A DNA stretch of 64,000 nucleotides from a virus (lineage: Duplodnaviria > Caudoviricetes), in IMG/VR virus record IMGVR_UViG_3300025150_000002, positions 139,522 through 203,521 of that record; one strand, 5' to 3'. Below the pieces are notes generated by a model, which saw nothing but the letters and a program-made list of their open reading frames with translations, did not search any database and was not told the origin of the DNA. This document shows, in pieces, positions 28,785-38,055 of this stretch; the first letter of the stretch is position 1, and each line of letters starts with the position of its first letter. The translations under genes and the position numbers were made by a program.

Positions 28785-29132
28785 GCGATGTCCAACTCTT
28801 CCGATCATCCGTGGAGATCCTCGTCTGGAACGGGTCTGGTCAGCTCCTGACGGTGACCAACCGCCGATGGGGAGGCTTCAGTTGTCCCGGCGGCAAGGTC
28901 GAGCCAGGCGAGAAGTTGATTGACGCGGCCCGACGTGAACTCTTAGAAGAGACCGGCTGCCGAGCCCTGGTTCTGCATGGCCTTCAAGGCCACGGTATCG
29001 ACTCCGCCCAGTCAACAAGAGGAGGGCACCGTGGTTGGCTGGCATACTCCTAGTGAGTTGGTCGAGCGATCGATCTACCCAGACTGGTACAAGTTTCTGT
29101 TTGGCTTGATGCCAGAGGTGTCGCTCAAGTGA
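28781..29132 (+). pseudogene. Nudix hydrolase, frameshifted near 28960
   Basis: Nudix box GGKVEPGEKLIDAARRELLEETG; plausible C-terminus EPWFCMAF...VGWHTPSEL...YPDWY lies in another frame. Confidence 0.7.
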
Positions 29133-29440
29133 AGGTCACCGTCGCTGAAGATTTCAATATCTTCGAGCTCTTCGTCCACGACAATGAGGCGATCCAAGCT
29201 GTCTGCCCCTACGCCCTGGCAGAGGCCATCAACGAGCATCTCGTAGACTGGCAGGTGATGGCACCTGAGAGCTTGGACCGCTTTACCTTGTTCTCAACCG
29301 ACGATGAGGACGAGCGCTACATAGAGCGCTACTATAGCGTGCAGCAGGTGAAGGACGCGCTTCCAGCGGAAGCTGTGGAGCAGCTTGAGGCGATCAACGA
29401 CATGGAGCTCAACCTCAGCGCCGGGTCGAGCCCAACGTAG
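29129..29440 (+). CDS. Hypothetical acidic protein
   Basis: GTGA coupling with the upstream Nudix stop. Confidence 0.55.
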   Translation: MKVTVAEDFNIFELFVHDNEAIQAVCPYALAEAINEHLVDWQVMAPESLDRFTLFSTDDEDERYIERYYSVQQVKDALPAEAVEQLEAINDMELNLSAGSSPT

Positions 29441-29442
29441 CC

Positions 29443-29962
29443 TCAGACGATGTCTACCCCGTGCAGGAGAGCCGACTTGAGATCGTGGTAGACCGGAATG
29501 GGGTCTACGGCGTCCGGTAGACCCAGATGTCGGGCGAATGTATTGACGCCACTGGCGATCGACTCCAGGTAGCGGTTCTTCGGAGCGTTCTCGGGGAATC
29601 CGAGGACCATGCGCTCAGGATAGATGGCTGCCATGAAGCCGAACTCGACGTTGGTCGTGAAGGCTGGCATAGTCTCAAGGTTTCGAGGGACCCAGAAAAG
29701 CACGCGCTCGGCGCGTCCTAGCGCGGCCCACTCCCACTCGACCTGACGCTTGTAGTCTCCACATCAGCCCCAGTCCTCTGTCTGAGGCACGAAGGCGTGG
29801 CCGTCGTAGCCGGCGCTACGGAGGATCTCCAGGGCCTCCTCTCTCCAGCCGTTCACATCACCTGATCTGGGTGTCGGTCCAGCCAAGAAAATGCTGTTTG
29901 GCGTGACGTGCCGGGGGGTGGGAGACGGGCGGCAAGGTTTGGGGCGCGAAGACGATCCTCAC
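29443..29962 (-). pseudogene. Nucleoside 2-deoxyribosyltransferase-like gene with frameshift and internal TGA
   Basis: SIFLAGPTPR...WREEA...DWG*CGDYKRQVEWE...FWVPR...TTNVEFG; TGA at 29764-29766; shift at C-run near 29915. Confidence 0.75.
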
Positions 29963-30171
29963 GGGTTGCTCCTGTAATGAACTCGCTCGTTGTGTTCGAG
30001 CCCTTCCCAGGCTTGAGCGCGACTGATGAGATAGAGCACGAGCTCGACTGGCACTTCGACAGAGGTTCTACCCTCCGACGCTTCGTTCTGGATCTTGACC
30101 TTGTAGGCCTCCAACATGTTGACCGTGATACTGAAGCACGCCTTCTCCGCCGAACTATCGGCGTCCAACAC
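29959..30171 (-). CDS. Hypothetical protein
   Basis: Coupled in minus run. Confidence 0.45.
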   Translation of the reverse strand: MLDADSSAEKACFSITVNMLEAYKVKIQNEASEGRTSVEVPVELVLYLISRAQAWEGLEHNERVHYRSNP

Positions 30172-30409
30172 TGGACCGCTCCTCTTCCATACACTGGGCC
30201 TCGTAGGCGCACGTATCTAGAATCGCCAAGAACGTGTCTGATGCTGTGATTCTGTCCCTCAGCTCTTCGGGCGTCGTCGCGCCTGAACTGGCGTAGAAGA
30301 ACTTTGGCAGGTGCTTCACCAGCCCGTCCAGCATTCGGCTTCTTATCTGGGCGAACCGCAGCTGGTCTGCATCACTTTTAGGGTCGGGCATATCACTTCT
30401 CATCCTCAA
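30155..30409 (-). CDS. Hypothetical protein
   Basis: Coupled in minus run. Confidence 0.5.
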   Translation of the reverse strand: MRMRSDMPDPKSDADQLRFAQIRSRMLDGLVKHLPKFFYASSGATTPEELRDRITASDTFLAILDTCAYEAQCMEEERSSVGRR

Positions 30410-30650
30410 CTATGGGCTGGACATCCCTAATGTCTCGCAGGGCGTAAGTTCTGATGGCATCCTTGTCCAGGTCCTTACCACGAACTAGCCACTGCGGCTC
30501 TGTGTGCCACTCGTTCGAACCCCAATAAACCCCGAGCATTACGGCTCGACGGCGACCAAACTCGCCCTTGTAGTTCACGTAGGAGAACGAGACCTTTCTC
30601 ACCCCAGTGATGGAGATGAGGGCGTTCTCCGGAAGATCTAGACGCGGCAT
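30393..30650 (-). CDS. Stand-alone WYL-like domain protein
   Basis: FSYVNYKGEFGRR...NEWHTEPQWLV...DKDAIRTYAL. Confidence 0.65.
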   Translation of the reverse strand: MPRLDLPENALISITGVRKVSFSYVNYKGEFGRRRAVMLGVYWGSNEWHTEPQWLVRGKDLDKDAIRTYALRDIRDVQPIVEDEK

Positions 30651-30680
30651 GGATAGCTCCGATTGAGGTAGAAGAGTGGT

Positions 30681-30989
30681 ATGACGACCGAGACGATTAC
30701 CGAGATCGAGACTAACACCCGTCTCATTCCACCTTGGAATGTGGTTCTACTCAACGACGACGACCATTCCTACGACTATGTCATCGTCATGCTTTACGCC
30801 GTATTCGGCTTTCAGCCGGAGAAGGGTGTGATGCACGCTAAGGAGGTGGACTCGGTCGGTAGAACCATCCTGATCACCACCAGTCGAGAGCATGCTGAGC
30901 TCAAACAGGAACAATGCCATAATTTCGGACCAGACCCCCTTGTTCCACGCTGCAAGGGTCCGATGACTGTGATCATTGAGCCGGCGTGA
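30681..30989 (+). CDS. clpS: ClpS N-end-rule adaptor
   Basis: PPWNVVLLNDDDHSYDYV, EVDSVGR, EHAELK, IIEPA. Confidence 0.9.
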   Translation: MTTETITEIETNTRLIPPWNVVLLNDDDHSYDYVIVMLYAVFGFQPEKGVMHAKEVDSVGRTILITTSREHAELKQEQCHNFGPDPLVPRCKGPMTVIIEPA

Positions 30990-30996
30990 GGGTCCC

Positions 30997-31635
30997 ATGA
31001 GGTCTACCCCTGTAGCTACTGGCGACCGGTTTGGTCGGCTGGTTATTGAGTGTGAGCTCCCAAGAAACAAGCACGGTCGGCGAATGTTCAAGTGCCGTTG
31101 CGACTGCGGAGGGTATCGAACAACCCGCCAGGACAGCCTGGTGACAGGAAGGACCACGTCATGTGGTTGTAAGCATCGCGAGCGAGCAAAGACTCTTGCC
31201 AAGACTTACTTAACGGCGCACGGTCACCACGGGTCGCCAGAATACGTCTCCTGGCGGGCGATGAAAACCCGCTGCTTAAATCCGAACCACGAGTGGTTTG
31301 ATCGTTATAGCAAGCTAGGGATCTGCGAAGAGTGGATCGAAGACTTCGAGAAGTTTCTCTCCGATGTTGGTCATCGTCCATCATCGGAGCACACGCTTGA
31401 GCGCATCGACAACAACAAGGGTTACTTCCCCGGAAATGTGAAGTGGGCTACTCGCAAGGAGCAGGCCAGGAACACACGTTCGAGTCGAATTGTGACGGTC
31501 GAAGGCGTGTCCCGAACTGTCACCGAGTGGTCCGAGATTACGGGAGTCCCTGCGACGGCGATCTTCAAGAGACTTGATGCTGGACGCGATCCAAAGGAGG
31601 CTGTCTGGAAACCTAGCCGGAGGAAGCGCAAGTGA
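30997..31635 (+). CDS. Free-standing HNH homing endonuclease
   Basis: RFGRL...CRCDCG...SCGC...MKTRC...TLERIDNNKGYFPGNVKWAT. Confidence 0.85.
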   Translation: MRSTPVATGDRFGRLVIECELPRNKHGRRMFKCRCDCGGYRTTRQDSLVTGRTTSCGCKHRERAKTLAKTYLTAHGHHGSPEYVSWRAMKTRCLNPNHEWFDRYSKLGICEEWIEDFEKFLSDVGHRPSSEHTLERIDNNKGYFPGNVKWATRKEQARNTRSSRIVTVEGVSRTVTEWSEITGVPATAIFKRLDAGRDPKEAVWKPSRRKRK

Positions 31636-31769
31636 GCGAGAATTCCTCCGAATATCGTGAGACTCTGGCCGCCGAGGTTATGAGAACGCGCCGGGTCCAC
31701 GCGTTCGGGCCTGATCCTCTTGTACCTCGGTGTCGTGGATCGATGACCTGCATAATCGAGCCGGTATGA
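31632..31769 (+). pseudogene. 45-aa ORF ending in a duplicate of the ClpS C-terminus
   Basis: VHAFGPDPLVPRCRGSMTCIIEPV versus ClpS CHNFGPDPLVPRCKGPMTVIIEPA. Confidence 0.8.
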
Positions 31770-31951
31770 CCCTAGAGCAGCGCGTAATAATTGAGGAGCT
31801 TCAGGGGAAGCTCGATGCGTTGCGCCGACTGTGCCGTGATACTGTCGCCAGCTCAAGCCTGGTTGACACCCCTACTGGGCCACGAGTGCTCATCAACTAC
31901 GAGCACTTCAAAGCCCTATCAGAGAGCGGTGAGGATGAGCGACCCGGTTAA
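31766..31951 (+). CDS. Hypothetical protein
   Basis: ATGA coupling to preceding ORF. Confidence 0.5.
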   Translation: MTLEQRVIIEELQGKLDALRRLCRDTVASSSLVDTPTGPRVLINYEHFKALSESGEDERPG

Positions 31952-32228
31952 CCTGGCCAGGCTGTCCAAGCCACAGCGTGCTGCGATGCAGGGTCTCAGC
32001 CCCTACAGGATCGTGGAGACCATGGTAAGGGGCGAGAGACGCCTCGCGCTACTGCTTCCGCCTGACATGTGGAAGACGCGCAACGCCCTTCATGCGCGCG
32101 GGCTGGTTACCGGAAGATCTCACCAACACGATGGCTCTGACCTAGAGCGCGTGCTGCTCACACCACTTGGTGAGCAGGTTTATCAACGACTGACATCAGG
32201 TGTAAAGGGAGTGACCGATGGGGTTTAG
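31935..32228 (+). CDS. Hypothetical protein
   Basis: In + strand run. Confidence 0.5.
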   Translation: MSDPVNLARLSKPQRAAMQGLSPYRIVETMVRGERRLALLLPPDMWKTRNALHARGLVTGRSHQHDGSDLERVLLTPLGEQVYQRLTSGVKGVTDGV

Positions 32229-32601
32229 TCACAGCGTCTACGTTGGTCCCTACCTTTACTGCAGCGTCCGGACCAAGCCGGTGACTAAGCGGGTCAAGGG
32301 TCGAGTTCAGTCCGAGATCAGCTCGTTTACGCTCAATGAGCTAACCAACGAGCGGCTTTCTGAGTACAACGGCAGCGACGCTGATGACGGTGTGCACCTA
32401 TTCATCCCCAACCAGGACTGGCCTCGTAGTTTCGATGTCGACCAGCAGGTAGGAGAGGTCTTGCGAGTCTCACCGTCTACGCGAGATGATGAGCTGCGTT
32501 GGTTCGAGACCAACTTCCAGGACGCTATTGCCAAGGCCGTGGAGCTTTACGGACCTGACATGGTGGTAGTGCGGTGGGGGGTGCTAGGCCAGTACTCGTG
32601 A
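32218..32601 (+). CDS. Hypothetical protein
   Basis: In + strand run. Confidence 0.6.
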   Translation: MGFSHSVYVGPYLYCSVRTKPVTKRVKGRVQSEISSFTLNELTNERLSEYNGSDADDGVHLFIPNQDWPRSFDVDQQVGEVLRVSPSTRDDELRWFETNFQDAIAKAVELYGPDMVVVRWGVLGQYS

Positions 32602-32921
32602 AAAGGACCCGCGTCGTCAACTGTAGAACGGAAGAATTCGACGTATACATCGGAAGGGCCGGCCACGGCTATGACGGCGAGTTCGGTAATCCTTTCAGGC
32701 GTCATCGTGATGATCCGCCCGGCTCGACTCTAGACAAGTTCGAGGCCTACTTTCTCAAGCGCATCGACGAGGACCCTGAGTTCAAAGAGCGAGTAATCGC
32801 TATGAAGGGTAAGCGGTTAGGTTGCTTTTGTCCCCCTAGAAAGACTTGTCACGGTTATACCTATGTTAGGTGGCTGGACGGTGAGCCTGAGCCAAAGGCG
32901 GAACAGCTGGAGTTCTTCTAA
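32598..32921 (+). CDS. DUF4326-family protein
   Basis: VYIGR...FGNPF...LGCFCPP...CHG. Confidence 0.8.
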   Translation: MKRTRVVNCRTEEFDVYIGRAGHGYDGEFGNPFRRHRDDPPGSTLDKFEAYFLKRIDEDPEFKERVIAMKGKRLGCFCPPRKTCHGYTYVRWLDGEPEPKAEQLEFF

Positions 32922-33220
32922 TGAGCGGACCTACTGATCTCTCGACTGCCGAGCTGAAGCGCATCTTGGAGTGGGGCATCGAGGACTACGCTTGCACTAA
33001 GGCGCGAGTCGAGGCCCTGATCAAAGAGGTTCTTCGCGAGCGCGAGCGCGCTGACGGCGCTGAGCAGAAGTTCTACAAAATGATGTCCGATCTGGAGATC
33101 CGGCGTGCACAACAGGGTGGCACGCAGAACAACCCCCGGTATTCGGACGGTATTCGTTACGCCTCCGACACACCGCGACCGCTTGGTCCTGACGGGTTTC
33201 CTCAACGAGGGATCATCTAG
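32921..33220 (+). CDS. Hypothetical protein
   Basis: TAATG coupling. Confidence 0.55.
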   Translation: MSGPTDLSTAELKRILEWGIEDYACTKARVEALIKEVLRERERADGAEQKFYKMMSDLEIRRAQQGGTQNNPRYSDGIRYASDTPRPLGPDGFPQRGII

Positions 33221-33236
33221 CCGGTAGAACAGGGGT

Positions 33237-33575
33237 ATGCGAGACATCCCCTACGACAAGATCGCGCTGATCGAGCTCAAGCCCTGCCCGTTCTGCGGCC
33301 ACACACAACGAGGCGTAGAGCCGGATACTCAGGTCCGGCTTGTGTTTTCCGTCATGGCCGCCTACGTTCAATGCGGGTGTTGCAGGGCTACAGGATTTCA
33401 CGTGGGCGTGCCAGGCCACATCGACGAGCTCAACGAGTTCATGGATATGGTCTCTGAGGTAGACGTCTTCGGCCTTCCGCCGAACCCTCGAAATTTCAAG
33501 GACGGTGATCTCGATCTCTGGATGGCACAACTCGCCGCCAAGTTCTGGAACAACCGGAAGCCTCCTCGTGCTTGA
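33237..33575 (+). CDS. Lar-like (restriction alleviation) zinc-finger protein
   Basis: ELKPCPFCG...VQCGCC...WNNR. Confidence 0.65.
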   Translation: MRDIPYDKIALIELKPCPFCGHTQRGVEPDTQVRLVFSVMAAYVQCGCCRATGFHVGVPGHIDELNEFMDMVSEVDVFGLPPNPRNFKDGDLDLWMAQLAAKFWNNRKPPRA

Positions 33576-34101
33576 GACCCTTAAGCGGTCCTGGACCTGG
33601 TTGGTCAGGCTGTTCCGGCCACGACAGCTGACGGAGTCAGAGGTCGTTACGGCCTACATCGCTGCTGGCGCCTGTTACGGTGATGCCTGCACCTATCCCG
33701 GCGGTATGGCCCCTTCTATTGGCAAGTTTTCTGCCAGGGAGGCATGGGGGGTGATGGAGAAGGAGTATGCTGCACTCGGCTACCGAACCATCCCCATCAA
33801 GGATCTGATTGACCTAGGAGGCTACGGTCAGCCGGTGACCAAGCTGGTCCGGATCAGTCGAGACATAGGCGAAGAGGCTTTGCTCTGGGAGCCGAGCATC
33901 GAAGGGCCGGTCCCGATGGGGCCCGACGTCCTCGACCAACTCGCGAGCATCGGCGACCCAAGGACGTGCCCGGAGTGCCGAACCGAACTCTTGGAGGCCG
34001 ATCGAGTCCACTGCACGTGGTGCCTGAGCTCTATCCTCAGAGGATCTTTCGATAACCACTTGGCCGCCAACATTGCTGAGACCTACCTACAGACCGAATG
34101 A
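33505..34101 (+). CDS. Hypothetical protein, internal LDxL tag followed by Zn ribbon (start uncertain)
   Basis: PDVLDQLASIG then CPEC...CTWC. Confidence 0.55.
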   Translation: MISISGWHNSPPSSGTTGSLLVLETLKRSWTWLVRLFRPRQLTESEVVTAYIAAGACYGDACTYPGGMAPSIGKFSAREAWGVMEKEYAALGYRTIPIKDLIDLGGYGQPVTKLVRISRDIGEEALLWEPSIEGPVPMGPDVLDQLASIGDPRTCPECRTELLEADRVHCTWCLSSILRGSFDNHLAANIAETYLQTE

Positions 34102-34628
34102 CAAGGGAAAGCGACGGACGAGAAAGGTACTGGCGGCAGGTCAGACAAATCGCCGATGAGCACGATGTCTCCATTCCGGAGGCGCGGGCCATGTGGTCTC
34201 GCCTCTTCAAGCCAGGTGGGATCAAGAAGATGGTGCTGGCCCTCTCAGTTAGCTCATCACCAGCGATGTCGACAGTCTGCCCGTTCTGCCGAACTGAGCT
34301 ACCAGTCTTACATCAACACGAGGGTGCGTGTGGCCGCTGTGGATCGAGTGACCACCCCGAGCCGGGCGATGTTGACTGTTCACCCGAGCCGGTGTGGAGC
34401 TGCTCGAACTGTAGGACCACCATGCACCAGGAGTGCTACGACGAGCTCGGTCGCTGCTCAACACTAGGATGTCGATCGTCTAGGATTGTGGCCCGTCTGC
34501 GGCCCGCGCCTGGTTATGAGCGAGACTACGCGGGCCTGCCCAGCCGTGGTGTCCTACTGTCCTTGGCGATGGTTGGTGTCGCGGGGCTTCTTCTCATCGT
34601 CCTCGCTGTTATTAGGCTGTTCTGGTAG
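34098..34628 (+). CDS. Prokaryotic RING-like protein with C-terminal TM helix
   Basis: CPFC...CSNCRTTMHQECYDELGRCSTLGC. Confidence 0.65.
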   Translation: MTRESDGRERYWRQVRQIADEHDVSIPEARAMWSRLFKPGGIKKMVLALSVSSSPAMSTVCPFCRTELPVLHQHEGACGRCGSSDHPEPGDVDCSPEPVWSCSNCRTTMHQECYDELGRCSTLGCRSSRIVARLRPAPGYERDYAGLPSRGVLLSLAMVGVAGLLLIVLAVIRLFW

Positions 34629-35622
34629 TTGCCAGGTCGACCGCTTCGGGCGTCTTGATGACCCGGAAGAACTCAGGTCGCACGACCGTGATCTTGTGAC
34701 GCGTTCGGATCGCGCGCCGCAGCGACATGCCGTTGGGGTCAACGAAGTTCGGCGTCACAGTCACCATCGTATAGGGGCTGTAGACGATGCCTGTATCAAG
34801 CATGCCGCCCTGGTACCAGGTCATCAGGTGGCTCTTCGGAAAGAGCGGGTCCAGGTAGACGGTCTTACTTGTAGGCCCCTCGCCTAGAGTCCCCACCTTC
34901 TGGACTTGACCGTTGCTGATCGGAACGCTGATGCCAAGTTTGACCAGCGTTTCCTCATTTCCGATGACCCTGTTGGCAGGCATTCGCTGGGTACGCTGGT
35001 GGACACGGTTCGACGTACGAGATAGCTCTTCTAGCAGATCACAGTCTTCTGATACCAGATCTGTGTTGCTCGGGAGCAGGGCTATGTTGAGCATCGTGCC
35101 CAGGATTTCGCGCGTGATCTCAGTCAGGAACTCCTCGACCGCTAGGTCGAGCACACTGATGTCGCCTATGAGAGATTTGACTCTTCTGGTTTCGGCACAG
35201 ATGTCCTGGTCGGCGATTTTCAACCTGATCTCAGGAACCGTGACCTGGGTCGGCTTACCGGTCGTCTGGTTGGTGACGGTTATCTCAACCGTCCCACCAG
35301 TCTTCGGCTGATACCACAAAATGATACCGATCGGCCCGAGCATTGGCTGCGTGCTGCAGAGGTCAGGCAGGGGGTGCGCCTGCAGCTGAGCTTTGAGGGC
35401 GTCCCCGATTTTCTCGTGCCAGGTGTCGGGAAAGACTAGACCTCTCGTCTCCTCAGCCAACTGCTTGAAGTGCTTGTCCTGGTTCTCCAGGACGGCGGCG
35501 ATGAGATTCGAGCGATCGTTGTCGTTTTCAAGACCCCACTTTGCGCGCAAGCGCTCCAGGGTCGCTAGAGTTGCGGTGGGCGGGTTGGTTGCCATGTTAC
35601 CTCCAGTGATGGATGGTACCAC
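34612..35622 (-). CDS. Divergent T4 gp23-like major capsid paralogue (start probably 35595)
   Basis: AAVLENQ, STQPMLGPIG, AETRRVK, EITREIL, VYLDP, DTGIVYSPY, RTRH. Confidence 0.75.
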   Translation of the reverse strand: MVPSITGGNMATNPPTATLATLERLRAKWGLENDNDRSNLIAAVLENQDKHFKQLAEETRGLVFPDTWHEKIGDALKAQLQAHPLPDLCSTQPMLGPIGIILWYQPKTGGTVEITVTNQTTGKPTQVTVPEIRLKIADQDICAETRRVKSLIGDISVLDLAVEEFLTEITREILGTMLNIALLPSNTDLVSEDCDLLEELSRTSNRVHQRTQRMPANRVIGNEETLVKLGISVPISNGQVQKVGTLGEGPTSKTVYLDPLFPKSHLMTWYQGGMLDTGIVYSPYTMVTVTPNFVDPNGMSLRRAIRTRHKITVVRPEFFRVIKTPEAVDLATTRTA

Positions 35623-35640
35623 AGCCTCATCAGATTGGCA

Positions 35641-35904
35641 TCAGTTACCGTGGGTCGCCACAACGATTTGATCCAACACGTCTAGCGCTACCAGCTCGTG
35701 TAGGTAGGCGCGGATGGACTGACGCGCCTGCCACGGCCAGGGTGTGCGGTCCCCCGGCCAGGGAACAAGATAGTAGGGCGGCAACAAGGAGCCGTCGATG
35801 TAGTCGACCACCCAGATCCCACTGTCAAACCGCGACCGAGCTCGCAGTGTTAGCCGAACCTTGTCGCCTATAAGCGGGTAGGTCTTACCCTTTCCCCAGC
35901 TCAC
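35641..35904 (-). CDS. Hypothetical protein with LDxL tag
   Basis: Ends DVLDQIVVATHGN. Confidence 0.6.
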   Translation of the reverse strand: MSWGKGKTYPLIGDKVRLTLRARSRFDSGIWVVDYIDGSLLPPYYLVPWPGDRTPWPWQARQSIRAYLHELVALDVLDQIVVATHGN

Positions 35905-36170
35905 AGCTCGCCTACGATCCTATCCAGGATGTTGATGGTATCGATCTTCTCGACCCACCTGGGTGAATACCAAATGCGCGGTCCGCGTGATGTCGTAAGC
36001 GGTCCACCAGTTAGGTCCCAATGAATCTGGACCTCTCCGTCGTCACGGTCGTTCTCAGGGAGACACTCGATGACGGTGCCCTGCCACATCCAGTCGTATC
36101 CACCGTCCCTCACGAAGACGACTCGGTCACCGAGGCCAAGGAAGTGCCCTCCAGGAGTTGCCCAGGCCAT
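35901..36170 (-). CDS. SH3/KOW-like small protein with LDxL tag
   Basis: GDRVVF...GTV; ends INILDRIVGEL. Confidence 0.65.
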   Translation of the reverse strand: MAWATPGGHFLGLGDRVVFVRDGGYDWMWQGTVIECLPENDRDDGEVQIHWDLTGGPLTTSRGPRIWYSPRWVEKIDTINILDRIVGEL

Positions 36171-36598
36171 TAGTCCTCAGTCGTCTCAGCTGTCTCAACG
36201 GCCATTCGGATCAGTACGTTGTTGAAGTCCTCGAAGTCGGCGAGCAGTCGATCGATCAGTTGTCTATCCGTCAGCTTAGGTTGGGCGCCCTCCAACGCCA
36301 TCGGGATTATGTCGTGCCAGATAGTTTTTGAGTAGGAGGTGTTCCCACCTTGGTATTTTTTGGCGAGGAACCTCTGGAACTCTCTGTTGATGAGAGATCC
36401 GGCGTGGCTCCGCGCCTCATTGGCCACACCGGTGATGATGTCGGCATCCTCGTAGCCCATCGCTACTCCGTCGATGTAGATCGCCGTGAGCTTGTAGCAC
36501 TCCTCGCCGACAAACATCGCCGGACGAGCGCATATTGCTCGGAACCGGGTAATGAACAGATCCTTGAACCTTGATCTACTCATCGAACGCCGACCCAC
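36170..36598 (-). CDS. Hypothetical protein
   Basis: Coupled in minus run. Confidence 0.55.
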   Translation of the reverse strand: MGRRSMSRSRFKDLFITRFRAICARPAMFVGEECYKLTAIYIDGVAMGYEDADIITGVANEARSHAGSLINREFQRFLAKKYQGGNTSYSKTIWHDIIPMALEGAQPKLTDRQLIDRLLADFEDFNNVLIRMAVETAETTED

Positions 36599-36902
36599 CG
36601 TCCTCGCCTACGATCTCGTGGGTCGAGTAGGCCGCAGCTGTCATGTCAGGGTGGACCACCCACCACACGTCGCCGCCGTGGCCACCAACATAGCCGGCGA
36701 GCCGGCCAATGGTTCCAGGGCGCCGGGCGTCGATGTATTTCTCGGCGACGATGAATCCGCCGGTTCCCATGAGAGGGTCGGTCGTCTTGATCATCTTTCC
36801 GCCGTTCACGCGCACTTGCTCACGGAGCAGCAGAAGGCCGTCGTCCTCGGATCCGGACAGCTGAAAGACGCGCTCCAACTCGCGAAGCCTGACGTCACTC
36901 AT
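36576..36902 (-). CDS. Hypothetical protein with MSDxRLRELER N-terminal module
   Basis: MSDVRLRELERVFQLSGSEDDGLLLLREQVR. Confidence 0.6.
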   Translation of the reverse strand: MSDVRLRELERVFQLSGSEDDGLLLLREQVRVNGGKMIKTTDPLMGTGGFIVAEKYIDARRPGTIGRLAGYVGGHGGDVWWVVHPDMTAAAYSTHEIVGEDGGSAFDE

Positions 36903-37233
36903 CAGAGTCCTCGGTTGCTGCGGCCAGGAGATCAAGCACGGTAGTGTTCGGCGGGCTGTGAAGGCCCTCTAGCTCGGGCGGGCAGAACACGGTGTTACCG
37001 TTTTTCGGAGAAAACCATACGGCGACGTGGCAAGTAAGTCGTGGGCACTCCTGTGCGAGGTCAAGCTCTCCAGACGACACGCGTGCTGTTCCGGTTGGGA
37101 CCAACTCGATCCCGTGGATCGGACAACAGTCACGGCTTAGGCGTTGGATGCGGTCCGCCTTTGACTGACGGGACCGACTCACTAGAGAGCCACCTGGCGT
37201 GGCTTGAGAAAGATGTGCCCGCAGTGCTTGCAC
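36895..37233 (-). CDS. Cys-rich hypothetical protein with LDxL tag
   Basis: Ends TTVLDLLAAATEDSDE. Confidence 0.55.
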   Translation of the reverse strand: MQALRAHLSQATPGGSLVSRSRQSKADRIQRLSRDCCPIHGIELVPTGTARVSSGELDLAQECPRLTCHVAVWFSPKNGNTVFCPPELEGLHSPPNTTVLDLLAAATEDSDE

Positions 37234-37340
37234 TGTAGCCCGTCCTTCGGGATGACACGGTGCATGATGGACTGCTCGGTGTAGCCGGTGTCCTTATGAC
37301 AGGACCGGCAAACGATTGGCTTAGGCGGAGGGACGGTCAT
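37182..37340 (-). CDS. Small Zn-ribbon protein
   Basis: CRSC...CKHC; ATGA coupling. Confidence 0.55.
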   Translation of the reverse strand: MTVPPPKPIVCRSCHKDTGYTEQSIMHRVIPKDGLQCKHCGHIFLKPRQVAL

Positions 37341-37810
37341 TGCGCGGACTCCTGTGCTGGTGTGTCGTGCTCCAGTCGGATCAGAAACGGCGGACGGTAA
37401 TTCGGAAACACCGCGCGAACCCAGTGGTCCCAGTGCGTGTTTTTCCAGTCGATCGGATCGACTATCCACGGCTCGAACTGGTAGTTGATGACGCCAACTT
37501 GTAGACAGGACGGGTCGGATAGCTTCATCGTCATGCTCGTCGGACGGGTCCAGTAAGCGAACACCAGAGCGTCTGCGTAAAGGGTGCCCTGGTTCGGCCG
37601 CGTGGACATGTCGAGTCCGACGATGACCTCCTTCGCGTCGCTAAGCTTGTTCCAGTAGTGGTTGATCAGCTGAGGAACGTCGACGGCTAGAGCATGCATC
37701 TCCAGCGTATCGTCCTGCTTGAGGACCAACATCTGGTGAGGGTAAACCCCCTCCTCGTCGATCGATCGCTCGATTAGCTCGAAGAACATCTGCGGAAGCG
37801 TCTTAGTCAC
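37337..37810 (-). CDS. Hypothetical protein
   Basis: Coupled in minus run. Confidence 0.6.
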   Translation of the reverse strand: MTKTLPQMFFELIERSIDEEGVYPHQMLVLKQDDTLEMHALAVDVPQLINHYWNKLSDAKEVIVGLDMSTRPNQGTLYADALVFAYWTRPTSMTMKLSDPSCLQVGVINYQFEPWIVDPIDWKNTHWDHWVRAVFPNYRPPFLIRLEHDTPAQESAQ

Positions 37811-38055
37811 TTGCCCACCTGCTCAGCATCGTTGATCGCCTTCACGATCCGGTCCAAGACCGGCACGGTCTCGTCGACGAGCTCCCATCCGTGGATCGAG
37901 CACATCAACCGGCACACCTCGCGGTCCATGTCAAACGGTCCCTCGATCTCGTAGTCGATGCCGGGAAATCTCTTCTCCATGAAGGTCCGAAGGTGACCAT
38001 CGATCTGCTCGACCGTCATAAACCTCTTCGTTGTCATGTAACCGTGGTTGGCCAT
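37807..38055 (-). CDS. Hypothetical protein with LDxL tag
   Basis: Ends PVLDRIVKAINDAEQVGK. Confidence 0.65.
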   Translation of the reverse strand: MANHGYMTTKRFMTVEQIDGHLRTFMEKRFPGIDYEIEGPFDMDREVCRLMCSIHGWELVDETVPVLDRIVKAINDAEQVGK

